A program made the position numbers and the translations under genes. 64,000 nt of DNA from Phoronis australis (Eukaryota; Animalia; Phoronida): positions 124,001 to 188,000 of the forward strand of contig NMRA01000089.1 in assembly GCA_002633005.1 (NCBI GenBank), written 5' to 3'. How positions within the stretch are numbered: position 1 is the stretch's first letter; each line of letters opens with the position of its first letter. This document shows positions 1-14,089 of this stretch, piece by piece. Under the pieces are notes generated by a model. The model did not search any database, was not told the origin of the DNA, and worked only from the letters and a program-made list of their open reading frames with translations.

Positions 1-616
1 ATCAAATGTCTGGAAAAAAAATTAGCAAGGCCTATTTACACCAAAAACCCTATCGTCAACAGCAAGGCATTATTGTTCGGCACACAGTAGGTTTCTGTAG
101 GTTTCTGTCTGTAATCATCAAGGATTTGAAAAATATATTGTTTCATGGGTACACGAATTGTGTTTTAAAAGATATTTTAAAAAGTGTTACCCTTGTCAGT
201 GAAGGCATCCTATTACCTTAACCCTTTTTTTAACTCGGACAAAGTTCTGTGTTACGATTGCTCTGTGTTTATTTGGCTGTTCACCCAATGTGAATCTGAT
301 GTATGCTGGTCTTACTGTACATTACAAGAATTTTCAATCAAGTGTTGTTTAGTTGAGGCATGTTGACATTTCCTTACAGTGATTATCTATACTTGTGAAT
401 TATTTTGTGGGGATCTCTCTTAGACCTCTCCATAATTTGTATTGTGAATTTGGTACAAAAGTTATCAAGTCTTTGGAAATTTTATTTTATTCAGTTCCCA
501 TTTGTCAGCTCTAGCTGATTATGCATACGTGTACATTGCAGGTCACGTGAGTTATTTGATGTCTAGTACCTGTGCACATGTTAACTGTATGTACTGAGTA
601 TGTAAATATATGTGAC

Positions 617-748
617 GCTAGTAACATTCATCAGCCTTTGATAAATGTTAAAAAGGTATGTCACAATTTTTTGTAACATTCATCAATCTTTGATGAAATG
701 TTAAAAATGTTTGTCACAATTGTTAGTAACATTCATCAATCTTTTATG
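617..748. repeat. Degenerate tandem repeat, ~52-bp unit, ~2.5 copies
   Basis: The motif 'gtaacattcatcaatcttt-gat-aaatgttaaaaa-gt-tgtcacaatt' recurs at about 620, 673 and 726. Confidence 0.7.
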
Positions 749-2999
749 ACTGTTTTTGTTGATCATTTCTATCAGTGTGAATTATCATGTATTTATTGAT
801 CCCGGCCTCTTGTAAAGTTTTATTGTTTTGAAGTTGTGGGACACAATGTGGAATTGAAAATGTGATCGTTGCTTTGACTAATGGGCGCAGTACTTATGCT
901 TGTGTTCTGTGCTAGTTATGGAAGGCTTTAACCAAAGATGTATTTGTCTTCTGCAGACCTGTGTACCATACACGAAACACGCAAATTCGTATGGATATTC
1001 TACTTGTACTACGCAAGTATGCATTGGCTGTAAAAAATACACAAGTCAAGACAACTTATGTGATTTGTTTGTATCTATAGCTAATGTGTAGTTTTAGTCT
1101 TGATATTGAGTGTATTGTTGGAACAGGAGGAGAAAAAGACTAATGTTTTAATATTAGAAATTCATTGGCTTTAATCATTTGAATCGAAAATAATCAAGTT
1201 GGCCCAGTGACGAACGTGAAGTTATCAGCCAGCTTTCATTTTCATTCACTCAAAAATTAGCGAATCATGAGGCTAATTCTATCCATATTCATTGTCATCC
1301 TACCTAAAGTGTTAGAAACAACTCCTGTGATTGGTGGATTACTCACTTCATTCACGTTTGGCTTTCTCTGCCAAGCATCTTAGTGTAATTATCAAAATGG
1401 CCTAGCGTGTGATCAAGATACACATTTCACGGTTTTGTCCACCATCTTGGATGTTTAATTTGGTAGAGTAAACTGACCAAAACGTAATTTCATTAAAAAA
1501 CTCAAAAGTTTCTGTCCAAACAACCGCTCAGCATTCACGCGCTTGTTATGAGAAATTTTGAAGTTCCCCATAGACAGTATAGTTGACTAGAAACGGCAAG
1601 TTGTTCAAAGCTACTTTCTCGTAGGTTGGTTGCCATGGTGACTATGTTTGTCATGTGTAAGGTCTCAGTGTAACATCACTACTACCACTCACTCCACATT
1701 GCAAATAAACTGTGGTGATCCGTCAGTAATGGTATTTGTAGTCTATATGCGTTTCATACATGGGGTTATATCTTAATATTAGCTCAGGCTTGATTGTTAC
1801 GGAAGTTAAATAACAGATGAGGCACTGGACAAGTAGGTGCCTATTTAACACACAGTCTCAATGTGTCCTTCTGATAAAATGTGCAAATTTTTTGAGAATC
1901 TGCAAATCTGGTAGGCAGAATTTTCCACAGCAGTTTTGGTGGTACACAGGTCTGACATTTATGACATGAAGCTAGGAGTGGATAGTGACATGAACTATGT
2001 GTAGAATATAATAACAATGTTAGATTAATTTTGTGTAGTGATATCTCATCTGACTTGCACTCTTCTAGGAATACTTTGTGCACCAATCTTTGATCAAATT
2101 TTTATGTAAAGTTGATGAGTTCCGAAAATGAAATTTTCATGCTTTGTTAATTTATTGAAAATTACTGTGCAGAATGTTGGGTCTCAGTGGCTGAAATTAG
2201 TAAAATATTGAACAGGTGAAAGAGAATTACGATGTTGAAACTTGAGTGGAGTATACATAACAGGTGTTGCTTTTTTGTGGATATCGTTAAGTTTCATCTG
2301 TTTTGAATCTATAAAGAGTAGTGGTCTTTTAACATATGGTGAATATGAAATTGTCAGTCAGAAGTGTTGCACAGTGTAGGTTGTGGAGCCCAGGTGGACA
2401 AAATGTGCCAAGTGCAACAGTATATGCTACACCATTGTTATGGCACATACTATCTGGCCGGGGGACAAAGTATTTGTTGAGTGGGACAATATATGTCACA
2501 AGACATATGCCCAGAGTGACTTTTTAAGTGAAGTTCTAGTCAGGTTGCCTTAAGCAACAGGGGTTACCAAATTATTAAATGTCATTGTGTTAATTAACAT
2601 TTTGTTGGAAATTAATGTTGCTGGCATGTTATTGTTGGCTCTTGCTCTGTGTAAAGATGACATTTTTACAAAATTTTATTGAAAGTTGTCATCCACTATT
2701 TCGAGTGCATTGTTTTCTCTGAACTGTGGTAACTAAATTTGTAATAGAAGTATCAAATCACCATTAAAGTATCAGTTATGGTCTCCACTGTTGTCCCTTC
2801 ATGGCAGTAACCAGAATCTATTCAGTCAGTCTTGAGAAAAATACACGGTTTCATGACTCCTATCCTCAGAGTTGTATGTAGATTATGTCTTAAAATCTCG
2901 CCGGTTTGGGATTAAGTATTTGCCAGAGTTGCCCTTTTTATTTTCAAAGGCAATGCCTGAATTTTTTTAAAACATCTGAGGGTATAAAATTACATTTAC

Positions 3000-3213
3000 A
3001 AGCAGTCTGATATACCGACGTGCTCAGGCCGCATAGATGGGCCCACTGCACTGATCACTGGGAACCATGTTTATGCTTTATTTTAATAGAGAAAAACTGA
3101 GCTGATAAGCCAGAGACCTGACTCAAGGGTCTAGTAGTGTGTCCAAGTGGGGTTCAACCCACGACCTTGAATAAAGGAAGTGACGTCACTTATCCCTCTA
3201 GGCCACACTGACA
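3000..3213 (-). mobile_element. tRNA-derived SINE
   Basis: The minus strand has an A-box-like 'tggcctagaggga' and a B-box-like 'ggttgaacccc'. The body and tail ('cttgagtcag..ctct', 'taaagcataaa.atggttcc', 'gatcagtgca.tgggccca') recur at 58838-58990. Confidence 0.65.
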
Positions 3214-3759
3214 GGGTAGCTCAGTGCTATTTAGAATTGAAAACAAAAAAGCTTACTTTGGTACTTTTTATTATGAAAAAATGTGAAAATTTAATAATTC
3301 CACTTAACCATATAATGTATCCTCAATTGGTGAGATTTTCTTGTAACAAAAGTTTGGTTTCTTAGATTTATTGAATTTTTGGTTTGGTTTGTTTGGTTTG
3401 GCTTACTGTACTTGGCAAAAGGTATAAGTAGTGCAACTGTTTTTCCTAAATCTGTATTGTGTTATCAAAATGGATCCTCTGAAATGTCTATAACCCCAAC
3501 GTTTTGAATGACTTGCCATCTCATCAGCACGTCTAGCACTTAATCTTGTTGGAAATGTACTACTACCACCTCATATTGTACATTTTTTTTTTGTTGTTTA
3601 CTGTAATATACTGAATTATGTATATTTCATCTTGTCTACTTGTTACCTCGCCCAAGGTGAAGGTATATAGTAATTGTAGGCGTTATGCCGTCCGTGCAGA
3701 GAGTGATACTCTTCTGTGGCCAACGCTTACATTTCTCTGGGGATTTCAATCAAACTTTC

Positions 3760-4345
3760 AAAAATATGCTTCTCGCACATCGCCGGCATTTTGCGATCTC
3801 ATCTTATTTTCCTGAATTTTGGTCCGTGCTTTCACACTCCCTTTAAAGAGGCCTGGAACGCGAAAAACAGACTAAAGTGGTTTTCTGCCATTGAAAGAGA
3901 AGTCAAAGTGTTCATCAGGTACGTACTCTTACGGCTTCAAAAATAGTGAATCTGGCGATTTTTTTTTGGAAATTTTCGTAATATTCAAAAGCGATTAAGT
4001 CACGTTAACATCTCCATAAAGTAGTAGGATTTCTTTGCCTCTAAGGAAATACCTTTCTGCGCAACACTTACTTTTCAAAGTGGTTTCGACCAAAGTTTGA
4101 AAAAGTATGCACACCCATACGAATCGCTGCAGCGCACATCGTCGGCATTTTGTGATTCGAATGTATTTTCCTGAATTTTTGCCTGTTTTTGATTTTCAAA
4201 CATCCTTGTAGGGAAATGATACTCCGTCTAAAAGAGTATTTCGACCAAGTCTAAGGAAAGTATGCTTTTGGATTGCTGTATCTCATCGTTTGTATTTTGT
4301 GATTCAACAGTTTTATCCTCATTTTTATCGGAATTTATTTTCCGC
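3760..4345. repeat. Degenerate direct repeats, possibly an old transposon fragment
   Basis: 'cgcacatcgycggcattttgygat...tattttcctgaatttt' occurs at about 3773 and 4133, with a weaker third copy near 4280. Confidence 0.45.
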
Positions 4346-6111
4346 AGTGGTGTTTCTGGTGTTCGAATGGCTGTGTGGAAACATCAACGACTCTTACATA
4401 ATGAATTTGTACTTAGAGCAGCCTGCCTACCTGCTTGCCTTACTTTTGCTGCCCCCATATAAATTTGCGTAATACATACGTGTACTTCTTGCCGTCATTT
4501 CACTTCGGTGTTCGTTTCTTGTCAATTTCATTCTTTACTAGGCGTATTTTACAAAAACACATGAAATGTAGTTTTGAAACTTTAAATCTGTTTGCAAGGC
4601 TAACGAGCAACAGTAGAACAATGAGATGTTGATGTGTTACGAAGCGAGGAGAAGCCTGCACGCAGTAGTGTAGTAATAACATTTATTGGAATGATGTTTT
4701 TCTATGAATGTGCCATTTTTGCTAAATTTTACTGAGAACAAATAGTCTCGTGGCTCAATTAATATAAAACGGTAAAAATCAAACTTTATAGGCTTTTACT
4801 TTGTATACGTTCTACTTTACACAGTCTGAAAACTTCAGTTACTTTACTAGCCGAGAAAGGCCTTTAGTTAAATTACAGACGCAGATGGCTTAACGAAGAA
4901 GATGCAAAATTAACGTTCAAAGAATTAATTTTTATACAACGCATACAGTTTTTTAAAGGAGACAAGAGACCACGTGTTCTGGACAATCTGCTGGTTTCAT
5001 TGAACACGCGGCTTGATTTCCTGTTTTATTGCCAGTCAAATTGTCGCAACGTCTGTATATCGCCAGCTAGGGGTCAGATGTCGCAACGCTTGTCCCAAAG
5101 ACATTATGACAACGAAAATATTTTGTATTGGAACATATTTATAAGGTATATTAGTCACCATAGGCCATCTAAGGTGTGAATAAAATTCCCGCCTCAATTC
5201 AATGCTAGAAAGAGATGAAACACATACGGCAGGAGTCAAGCAAACGGAATCCCAAAGGTCCAATGACAGGACGACATTGACACCTCTAGAGAAAACCAAC
5301 AACAACCTATGTGATGACAAAGTCCGTTGAAGCCTCAAGAATTTTTAATCTAAACAAGTAACGAATATTATCCACTGTTTCGGCACTGGTTATTTTATTT
5401 CCGAGGACAATTTGTAAATGACCTTTAATGTCAATAAAACGTCAACCTGAGAGACACTGTACACTGCGTGTCAGCGTTTGAACGAAAGCGACATGAGACC
5501 TGATAGACTAGGTTACATTTAAGCAAAATCATGTGCGGGTCTCACATTATTATTCCTGACAAAGATTTTTTCACGTTCTAGATAAATAGTGTTAAATACT
5601 TGTTGGGATCAACTGTTTTTACTTTGTTACTGATAATTCGTTTCAGTGCGTGATCGTCGCATAAGTGATTAGAATGAAATTGGGTAACATCAAATAATTA
5701 TTTAACGCAACCTGTGTACTTAGCAGGATTCTCTTGGTGATGGGATACAAAAGTGGACCCGTTGTTCATCATTATTCATTTCGTTGTCATAATGTCTTAT
5801 GAACAACTGTTACGACATCTGTCCCCTAGGTGATCAGACAGATAGTGTGACAATTCTGAAAAACTGGCGATTAAACTGAAAAAACAAAGTCAAGCTCAAT
5901 AAGACTTGCTTGAAAGAGAGGTTGTTACCAACGTATAGTAATGTATTGAGTACATGGTGAGTATGTATACATTGGAATGTACGTTGCGCATACTAGTACT
6001 CAACTTCAGGGAAGCGATAAGTTCATGTAAAATTATAATTGTGTTGTTTGGTAACAGACTTTACATTTTTTACGTTGAACGTACGAGTTGCTTTAGAGGT
6101 TGATTAGCGTA

Positions 6112-6360
6112 TATGCTCTGTGCGCTCTCAATGTCGCCCGCAGCACTCCACACTGTTCAATGATCCTCTGTACGCTCACAATGTCACCCGCAACACTCCA
6201 TACACTGTTCATTGATCCTCTGTACGCTCACAATGTCACCCGCAGCACTCCACACTGTTCAGTGATCCTCTGTGCGCTCACAATGTCGCCCGCAGCACTC
6301 CACACTGTTCAGTGATCCTCTGTGCGCTCACAGCACTTCATACACTGTTCAGTGATCCTC
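6112..6360. repeat. Minisatellite, ~50-bp unit, ~5 copies
   Basis: Unit: agtgatcctctgtgcgctcacaatgtcgcccgcagcactccacactgttc. Confidence 0.9.
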
Positions 6361-6612
6361 AGAAATGATTTCGCCCCCAGGAAATTAATTGGAAAAACTA
6401 TGCGTTAATCATTGGCATTGTCGCCTGCGATATTGAATTGAGATTCATCTCGTAATATACTCAATCACAACATTCAAGACCTTTGCAAATTCATACAAAG
6501 AGTTGTACAGAAAAAGTTAAAGCTGCGATAGAGTTTTAATTCAAGTCCGGAGATTCAATTTCGGTCACTAGTGCTTTTACTTGATACCTCATCACAAGTT
6601 TCTATTGAGGTC

Positions 6613-7056
6613 NNNNNNNNNNNNNNNNNNNNNNNNNNNNNNNNNNNNNNNNNNNNNNNNNNNNNNNNNNNNNNNNNNNNNNNNNNNNNNNNNNNNNNNN
6701 NNNNNNNNNNNNNNNNNNNNNNNNNNNNNNNNNNNNNNNNNNNNNNNNNNNNNNNNNNNNNNNNNNNNNNNNNNNNNNNNNNNNNNNNNNNNNNNNNNNN
6801 NNNNNNNNNNNNNNNNNNNNNNNNNNNNNNNNNNNNNNNNNNNNNNNNNNNNNNNNNNNNNNNNNNNNNNNNNNNNNNNNNNNNNNNNNNNNNNNNNNNN
6901 NNNNNNNNNNNNNNNNNNNNNNNNNNNNNNNNNNNNNNNNNNNNNNNNNNNNNNNNNNNNNNNNNNNNNNNNNNNNNNNNNNNNNNNNNNNNNNNNNNNN
7001 NNNNNNNNNNNNNNNNNNNNNNNNNNNNNNNNNNNNNNNNNNNNNNNNNNNNNNNN
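6613..7056. other. Assembly gap (N run)
   Basis: Run of N bases. Confidence 1.
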
Positions 7057-7374
7057 AGGTATAGGATCCTCTCCTTGTAGGTACGGGTCCCCTTCTTCTA
7101 GGTTGTAAGTATAGGGATCCTTTCCTTGGGCGAAAAGTGCAACTGTGAGCAGTTAAAAACTCTTGCAGAGTGCAGCTAAAATGTGGCAACCGAAGGGGGG
7201 GTTGTGGCGACAGGAGTAGCTCGATAATTCTGGTTACCGGTAGATGTCACTGAATAATTTGTGACGACCGATGACGTTAAAATTGTGACGACTAGGAAGG
7301 AAGCTCAAAGAGCAGGATTTAAGACTTCTTTCACTTAGGGTGCTAAAAAATCGAATACAGCGCTGCTGTTGATG

Positions 7375-7725
7375 ATGATAGTAGCAGGAGGAGCAACAGT
7401 CACCAATAATAGCATTAGCACTAGCAGTAATTATTATTAACAGGATTAGCAGTATCAGTAACAGTAGCAGTATTAGTAGCAGCAACATCAGCAGTAACAA
7501 TAGAAACAGCACTAACTAGCAGCGGCAACAGCTGCAGCAGCAGCAGCAGCAGCAGCAGAAGCAGTGGCACTACCAGCAGCAGCAGCAGCAGCAGCAGTGG
7601 TAGTACTAGCAGCAGCAACAGCAGTGGTAGTACTAGCAGCAGCAATGGTACTACAAGCAACAGCAGCAGCACAAGCAGAAGCAACGGTAGCAGTGGTAGT
7701 ATCATTACTAACAGTAGTGGTAGTA
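7375..7725. repeat. Imperfect (CAG/TAG)n trinucleotide microsatellite
   Basis: Long agc/agt/agca tracts that produce spurious poly-L and poly-A ORFs. Confidence 0.9.
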
Positions 7726-7867
7726 CATGGGCTGCGCACCATAGGGGCCTGGGGGGAAGGGACTATAGTCCCCACTTATATCAGTGGTGGGCTTCCCTTC
7801 ATGTTAGGCATGTTATAAGGGGCTGGGGGGCTATAGCCCCACATACTTCAGTGCTGCGCCTCCCATG
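7726..7867. mobile_element. Small MITE-like element
   Basis: Termini catggg...cccatg, internal G/C-run hairpins 'gggactatagtccc' and 'ggggctatagcccc'. No clean target-site duplication. Confidence 0.5.
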
Positions 7868-8823
7868 CAGTAGCAGAGGTAGCTAGCAACAGTATTAATT
7901 TTTGCTGAACATCCAGAATTTTTTAAATTGTGGAAAATCGAATGACCTTTATTATTCTGGGGATCACGTCAAATTCCTTGGGGATCTTATACCAATTTTA
8001 CTGGGAGTTTTGAATTATCCATCGACCTTATGGTGCTTGTTTGGGCTTTTGCTAAAATTCATTCTGCAGTCGTCACTAGAAACCATCAAAACGTAACTCG
8101 AAGGTATGTTGAACCATTTACAAATCAGCGACTTCGGTAACTGAAATGGATAGAGTTTCGTAGACGCAACAATCTCATGCAATCACGCGCTTCGCTTGTA
8201 ATTTAGACTCGCTAGGAACACGCAGGGAACCGGCGAGGCAATATAGATGGGGATATCTTGTGAAGTCTAGCGTGATTTTCGCTTCTACGGCACGCACATC
8301 TGGGATTACCTCCGTTACCTGGATTCAGCTCTTCCAATGTAAGTTTATTCGTAACTGTAAATAGGGTTTTCAATACAACTGTAATCATATAAAGTTATGT
8401 AAATGAAAATAAAGGGCGGACCATAACTTGGCCATTTTTCTAAATCGTTTTGGATTTTCTCAGTTTTTCCCAGATGCTACAATTTCTTCCTCGGTTTTCC
8501 TAATAAAAGCGAAGTATGTTCTTGAACTATGAATTTTGTATTGAACCAACATTGATTGATATTAATATTAAATTTTGCACCTTGTACATAAACACGACAT
8601 TCACAATGTACTGTTATTTCTGGCAGTCAGTGTGAGCCCTGCCTATTGCAAGTCTTCACGCGACTACAGTTTAAACTGCGCAACCACCAGTTTCCATGGC
8701 ATTTTTGCCACAATTCACCGTTATGCGGGTTTTATGATGAATAACAAAGCTAGCGTTCGCAGCGGCAAGGTGGGGTAGCAAATAGTCTGGAAATTGCAAA
8801 GCTGACGATTGCTTATTTTCAAG

Positions 8824-8958
8824 ATGGCCTCGGAATATTATTTCGTAAAAATTGTACCTTCTCCGTCCGAGACATCTCCTGCTAAGTCGTTTGAGGAAGC
8901 GTTCGAGAATCGAATATCGAAAAGTGATCCAAACACGCGGCTTATTCATTGTTTTAAG
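8824..8958 (+). CDS. Tandem muconolactone-isomerase-like protein, coding exon 1 (MASEYYFVKI...LIHCFK)
   Basis: ATG follows the acceptor ttttcaag. Donor AAG|GTTTGT, phase 0, 135 nt. A probable non-coding upstream exon ends at 8338 (ccaat|gtaagt). Confidence 0.75.
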
Positions 8959-9149
8959 GTTTGTAGATTGTCTTACGTTTTGACAGATCCTGAGTAGACA
9001 CGCCCATTATCACGGCTAAAGGTCGTGTTAGCTTTTCCGTGCTGTTAGGATAACATAATTATCAATATTGTATAGACATTTATTTGTAAGAAAAATTAAA
9101 ATGTTAATCGTTTGTGTCAGAGCCCAATGAGGTAGAGTGGATGTTGTAA

Positions 9150-9437
9150 CATGGGCCCACCCAGGGAGGGGAGGCTCGGGGGGCTCGAATGAGCCCCCAC
9201 GCAATTTGACGAATCGGGCAAAAAGGTCCGCTTCAGTGAAACAAAGAGTCCGAGTAAACGAGACAAAAGTCCACAAAGTCCACAGAAATTCGGCGCAGAT
9301 GGACAATTCGTAGGTTTGAAGCTAGTGAGCTAGTGGCCCCGTTTTTATCGTCCTCCTTGTTGATTTTTTTCAGCAAAAGGTCCTCATACCGAAAAATTCG
9401 AGCCTCCCCCCTATATTTTAGGCTGGGTGCGCGCATT
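9150..9437. mobile_element. MITE-like element in intron 1
   Basis: Imperfect terminal inverted repeats catgggcccacccag...ctgggtgcgcgcatt, plus matching subterminal ggggaggctcg/cgagcctcccc. Confidence 0.55.
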
Positions 9438-9568
9438 ATAGTGACTATCATAGATAAATACCGTGCCGAGTTGACAAATGAATGGAAGGCAAATGCGTGA
9501 GTATTTGAAATTCAGGTGACATCAAACCGTTTCCGAGGAGGTGAGGAAGCGGGAAGGAGCTTGAGAGA

Positions 9569-9617
9569 GACAGTGTCGCATTTATTAACAGTCACTGTTA
9601 ATAAATGCGACACTGTC
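9569..9617. repeat. Perfect palindrome, 24-bp arms, 1-nt spacer
   Basis: gacagtgtcgcatttattaacagt-c-actgttaataaatgcgacactgtc. Confidence 0.95.
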
Positions 9618-10396
9618 AATTTTAGTGCTCTTCACGTTCACACTGATAAGAATATTTAGGCGGCAATGAACAAGATTCGTCTCCAAGAGTTCTTGAACAC
9701 CATATTCTCGGAGCGCTTTAACCATCTTCATTCACTCCCCCTCAACCAACGAACTGTATGTCCCAGGGGATCAGTGCTTAACTAGCTAGCATACACGGAA
9801 CGTGCCACTCAGATGGTGACTTTTTCGGCGCGGCTAGACTCCCTACCAAAGGGTGGTTGTCCCGATCAAACTCCCTACGAATTTAGGGTTCAGGTCTTGG
9901 GCTGAACCTTGGGAATCGTTTTTGCAATGGAAGTGTCTACAGAGAGGTTTCATGTTTCAGGGAAGTTTCTATGTTCAAAAGAATCAATCCAGTGATTTTT
10001 ATTGAAGTCTAATTAAATAAACAAACATTTTGTTTTTACACAGGATTATATTGTACCAAATATGTGACTTTTCCTGGAAGCTCCCAACATATGTTTTTCT
10101 AAAAAGGTGAGGCTTCTTCTTGACAACTCTCAAAAGGGGAGGGGGTATTCTAATTTCCCAGGGGCACATCCCGTCAAAAGTATAGTTTAATACCACCGGG
10201 TTCGGGAGTATGCCGCAGAACTGAGTACGTGAAAAAGTCAAGTCACGATTTAGGAGTTCTGTATCGTGATTCAATTCAAAGCATTTGTACACATGAACGA
10301 CCCTTCGTTTTGTCAAACAATTCCGAATATTCTGCTACTTTTCTCCTCCTGGTTTTGAAGTCATGTGTAATGAAATTGGCCATGTCCTCAATAATT

Positions 10397-11288
10397 TCGT
10401 TTTTCTTATTAGCACGCGACATGCGTCACGTGATGGCCTACTGAAATGGTCCAGATCAGTCGGACTTCTCGTTAGCCGATTCAGTGTTCTAGAGCTACCT
10501 ATTTCCTGAATCTTATATCGCCTGGACACGCATATTTATGAAAATTCTTCAGGACAAGTACTTCACTCGCGTCGCAAAAAATATTTAACCCCAAGCAAGG
10601 TTATTCTCACAACGACAATGATAGGGCAGGTATACTAACCGTGTTAGATATATTTCCGCCTCTATTCATCATCGATTAGGTCATTGGTATACGACGTAAA
10701 GATGCTGGCATATAATCACGATATTACTTTCATACACATATTCGCCTCCTCCAGGTACATTTCATCAGGATCTGTTATCAATAAATCCCGTCTATTTCTG
10801 CCCGTTGTCACACAGCAATATGGGTCATAATTTTAAGTGCAGNTCGTTTTTCTTATTAGCACGCGACATGCGTCACGTGATGGCCTACTGAAATGGTCCA
10901 GATCAGTCGGACTTCTCGTTAGCCGATTCATGTTCTAGAGCTACCTATTTCCTGAATCTTATATCGCCTGGACACGCATATTTATGAAAATTCTTCAGGA
11001 CAAGTACTTCACTCGCGTCGCAAAAAATATTTAACCCCAAGCAAGGTTATTCTCACAACGACAATGATAGAGCAGGTATACTAACCGTGTTAGATATATT
11101 TCCGCCTCTATTCATCATCGATTAGGTCATTGGTATACGACGTAAAGATGCTGGCATATAATCACGATATTACTTTCATACACATATTCGCCTCCTCCAG
11201 GTACATTTCATCAGGTTCTGTTATCAATAAATCCCGTCTATTTCTGCCCGTTGTCACACAGCAATATGGGTCATAATTTTAAGTGCAG
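10397..11288. repeat. Tandem duplication (~445 bp x2) joined by a single N at 10843; probable assembly overlap
   Basis: 10397-10842 is nearly identical to 10844-11288, with a few SNPs and indels. Confidence 0.9.
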
Positions 11289-11467
11289 TGGCGTATTTAA
11301 AGGGGGGGGGGGAGCGGGAGTTAGGCCGTGAACACCCCGCCCTTTAAAAATCTCCCTGATGCCATTTGGCAGTTCGGGGTTGCCAATGTCTCAGTGACGG
11401 GCAAAATCCTGGCTAATGCTCTGCCTTTCACCCCCCTCCCCAACTAAAAATCCTGGATCCGCCTATG
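11286..11467. mobile_element. MITE-like element
   Basis: Termini cagtggcgtattta...tggatccgcctatg with G-run and C-run subterminals, the same type as 26137-26474. Confidence 0.5.
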
Positions 11468-12283
11468 AGGTCGAATTAGTTGTAAGGAATTATTAGAGGG
11501 GACAATAGCTGTGTCACGAGATTAAACGTAACATATTCTTGAAAATGTCTCTGCTCTCGCGGGCGCTAGAAGTTTGGAAGTAGCGGTCAGTGATAGGCTG
11601 CGAACTCCCCGTCATCTTAATGTAGCTAAAACAGAATATTTAGAATAGCTTGGCAACCTAAGGCTAACGCTCACTGGGCAGGATTGGCGGGGAATATATG
11701 AGGGACATATCATTTGTGGTGACAGGAGATTCATGTAACGTAGCCTAATGACTGGTTGGCGGGAAAGTGAGGGTATGTCGTTTCTACTTTTCGCTGTTGT
11801 CTAGCTGTCAATGTCAAACTCTTAACTGAAACACTTTTGGTTAATAACGTCATCACGCGCATCCGATCTTGAATAGCAGCCCTGCGAGCCGGCAACCCAA
11901 GTCAAAGACGATGCGTACATGGGCCATTTTCGAATCTGCAATAGGATTGGTCAGTCCCAATGTACTCTAAAGGGTTTTCTTTGCGTCCGATTTTAGGACA
12001 ATAAAAGGCCTAATTCCATTTTCATATTTAGCGAAACGCAGCTTTTGAAATAACATGGAAAAATAATAAATTGACACTATTTTTTACACTTAAGTCGTTT
12101 GACAACACTCGACATCAATACTGCAAAGAATTAAGTCGTGATAATGATTTCGGAGCATTACTCATAGTATAGGCATGCACCGTCATGACAACTGAATTAG
12201 ATGTCACATCAGGGAATTCCGTGTTAAGGTAACAAGCTCAAATTTTTAGATGTTATCATGGTGATGATATTTATTTATTTCAG

Positions 12284-12311
12284 GTAGTCGGAGAGCACTC
12301 TGTTGTGGCTG
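12284..12311 (+). CDS. MIase-like protein exon 2 (28 nt, VVGEHSVVA)
   Basis: tttattttcag| acceptor and G|GTGAGT donor. Phase 0 to 1 links exons 1 and 3 in frame. Confidence 0.8.
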
Positions 12312-14089
12312 GTGAGTACTATTCGATATCTGCAAGAAGGAAGCGTACGACCAGTGTCATTGAAGCTAGACCCATTAAGACTCGGTTTTGCACTTGAAAC
12401 GATAATGACGGTCGTTCGAAAAAGGCACTTTGAAACGATACCTTTGGTGGCCTTGCATGAGAACTCTTGTTTTCTGTCAAAATCAACTTTTGGTTAGATT
12501 GTTAATCGTTAAAATGGCTTCACCTTATTCCTAATTAGTTTAGAAGTAAAATTCTCGGTTTAGAAAGAACTAGGTAAGTGTTATTGCTTCAGGCCAGACT
12601 CCATAAGTCTTTGGTCACGGCGTGAATGTTGCAGTGCAGACTCGGAATTTCGAGACGTTGTAGGAGTTGTCTAAGCGATAACCAACGACATTGTGCCACC
12701 ATACAGCATGGCAAGAGAGTTGTAACTAAATGCCGTTTTGGAAACATGAATAGATCTGGGAACTAGAGAGTTGTTCTGGATACAAGAACATGGATTATAG
12801 CCGCTTCATTTTTAAAACAGGGACTCTGTTGCCTATGAGGTTTTTGTACATTTCTCAAGAAATAAAAGTCTATGTTGACACCATACTTCATTAGGATCCA
12901 TGGAGAATCACGAAAAGTTGTGAACACATTGATCAACACACAAAGTGGAGTTATTGTTCAACGGAACTCTTTCTAAACACTCTTTGTGGAAGCGGATGTC
13001 GTAAGACCACAATCAAACACACTGCTCCCCGTACGAAGGCAAAACCCCAAAAAGACAACTGAGTGGTTATTTCAGTTTGAAATCTCAATAGTACTCTGAT
13101 CAAAAGAACAGGAAAATCTTTTCAACTAATGACTAATTTCATGTATAGTTCATCAGCCAATGACTGATTACTCTTCGTGGGGGGCTTCTAGCTGACGTCA
13201 AACACGAGAAAGACGTTCGCAATATTATCGCGAGACACACGTACAACCTGACCCTGACTATGTATTTATAACTGCGCTGACCAACTGCACTCAAATTGTG
13301 CCAAAAGTATTAATAACTTAACAACACATTATTACTCTTTCTAGAAACTCCACAAACGATTGTATTTCCACGAAAGTGATAACAACTGGAAAATTAATAA
13401 TTTGACGCGTCCAGTTCTAAGGATGCAAGTACAAGTGTACAGTTTTCAAAAGACTGCCATTTCACTGCAGACAAACTTAAAGCCCATAACCAAAATTGTG
13501 AATCACTCAGAGACTCATTTTTCCTTCTTGATGAGACGAATCCTTTATTTGGTAGCAATCGTGTGCAGCAGGCCGAAAAATACATTATGGGATTATTGTT
13601 GCGTGGGATAGACGTTTTAAAGTTAGTAACTTTGACCAGAGCTACAAAACAACAAAATCCGCTATTTTTGTGATTTTATTACAAATTGCCAATTTTCGCT
13701 TTAAGATCATAAAGATTTTTATGCTGATTCTCTAATAAACCCGACTAGCTCTTGGCAAAGTTTTTGGATTCCCATTTTGTTCTACTAACAATCCACACTG
13801 GCAGGACGTATTCTGCTTGCCTCGTTTTCTTTGAGTTTAGTTCTAAAAGAGTAGTGACAGCAGTATTCCATTCGTTTTTGTTTCCAGCCATTTTGACTGA
13901 TGATCACTTTTATGATCTCATTTCACAGAAAGCATTTAAATTGGAAGAATTATTGTAGTGACATGGGTTGCATGTTTTTTGAGATATCCTGTAGGTTATT
14001 TTTGTTTTTTATGTGCTAAAACATGCGGGTGTTTGTTTTGTGGACTACATTGTCTTGTGGAATGTAATGTTCTCAATTTTCACTTGTAG

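Noticed and set aside
1-3000. Short ORFs; possible long 3' UTR of an upstream gene
   Set aside because: The region is T/G-rich non-coding sequence with no exon or domain evidence inside the window.
6571-7189. Long ORFs spanning the N run (also 26059-26387)
   Set aside because: They are artefacts of translating assembly gaps.
7234-7818. Poly-Leu/poly-Ala ORFs resembling membrane proteins
   Set aside because: They are translations of a CAG/TAG microsatellite, with no splice or domain support.
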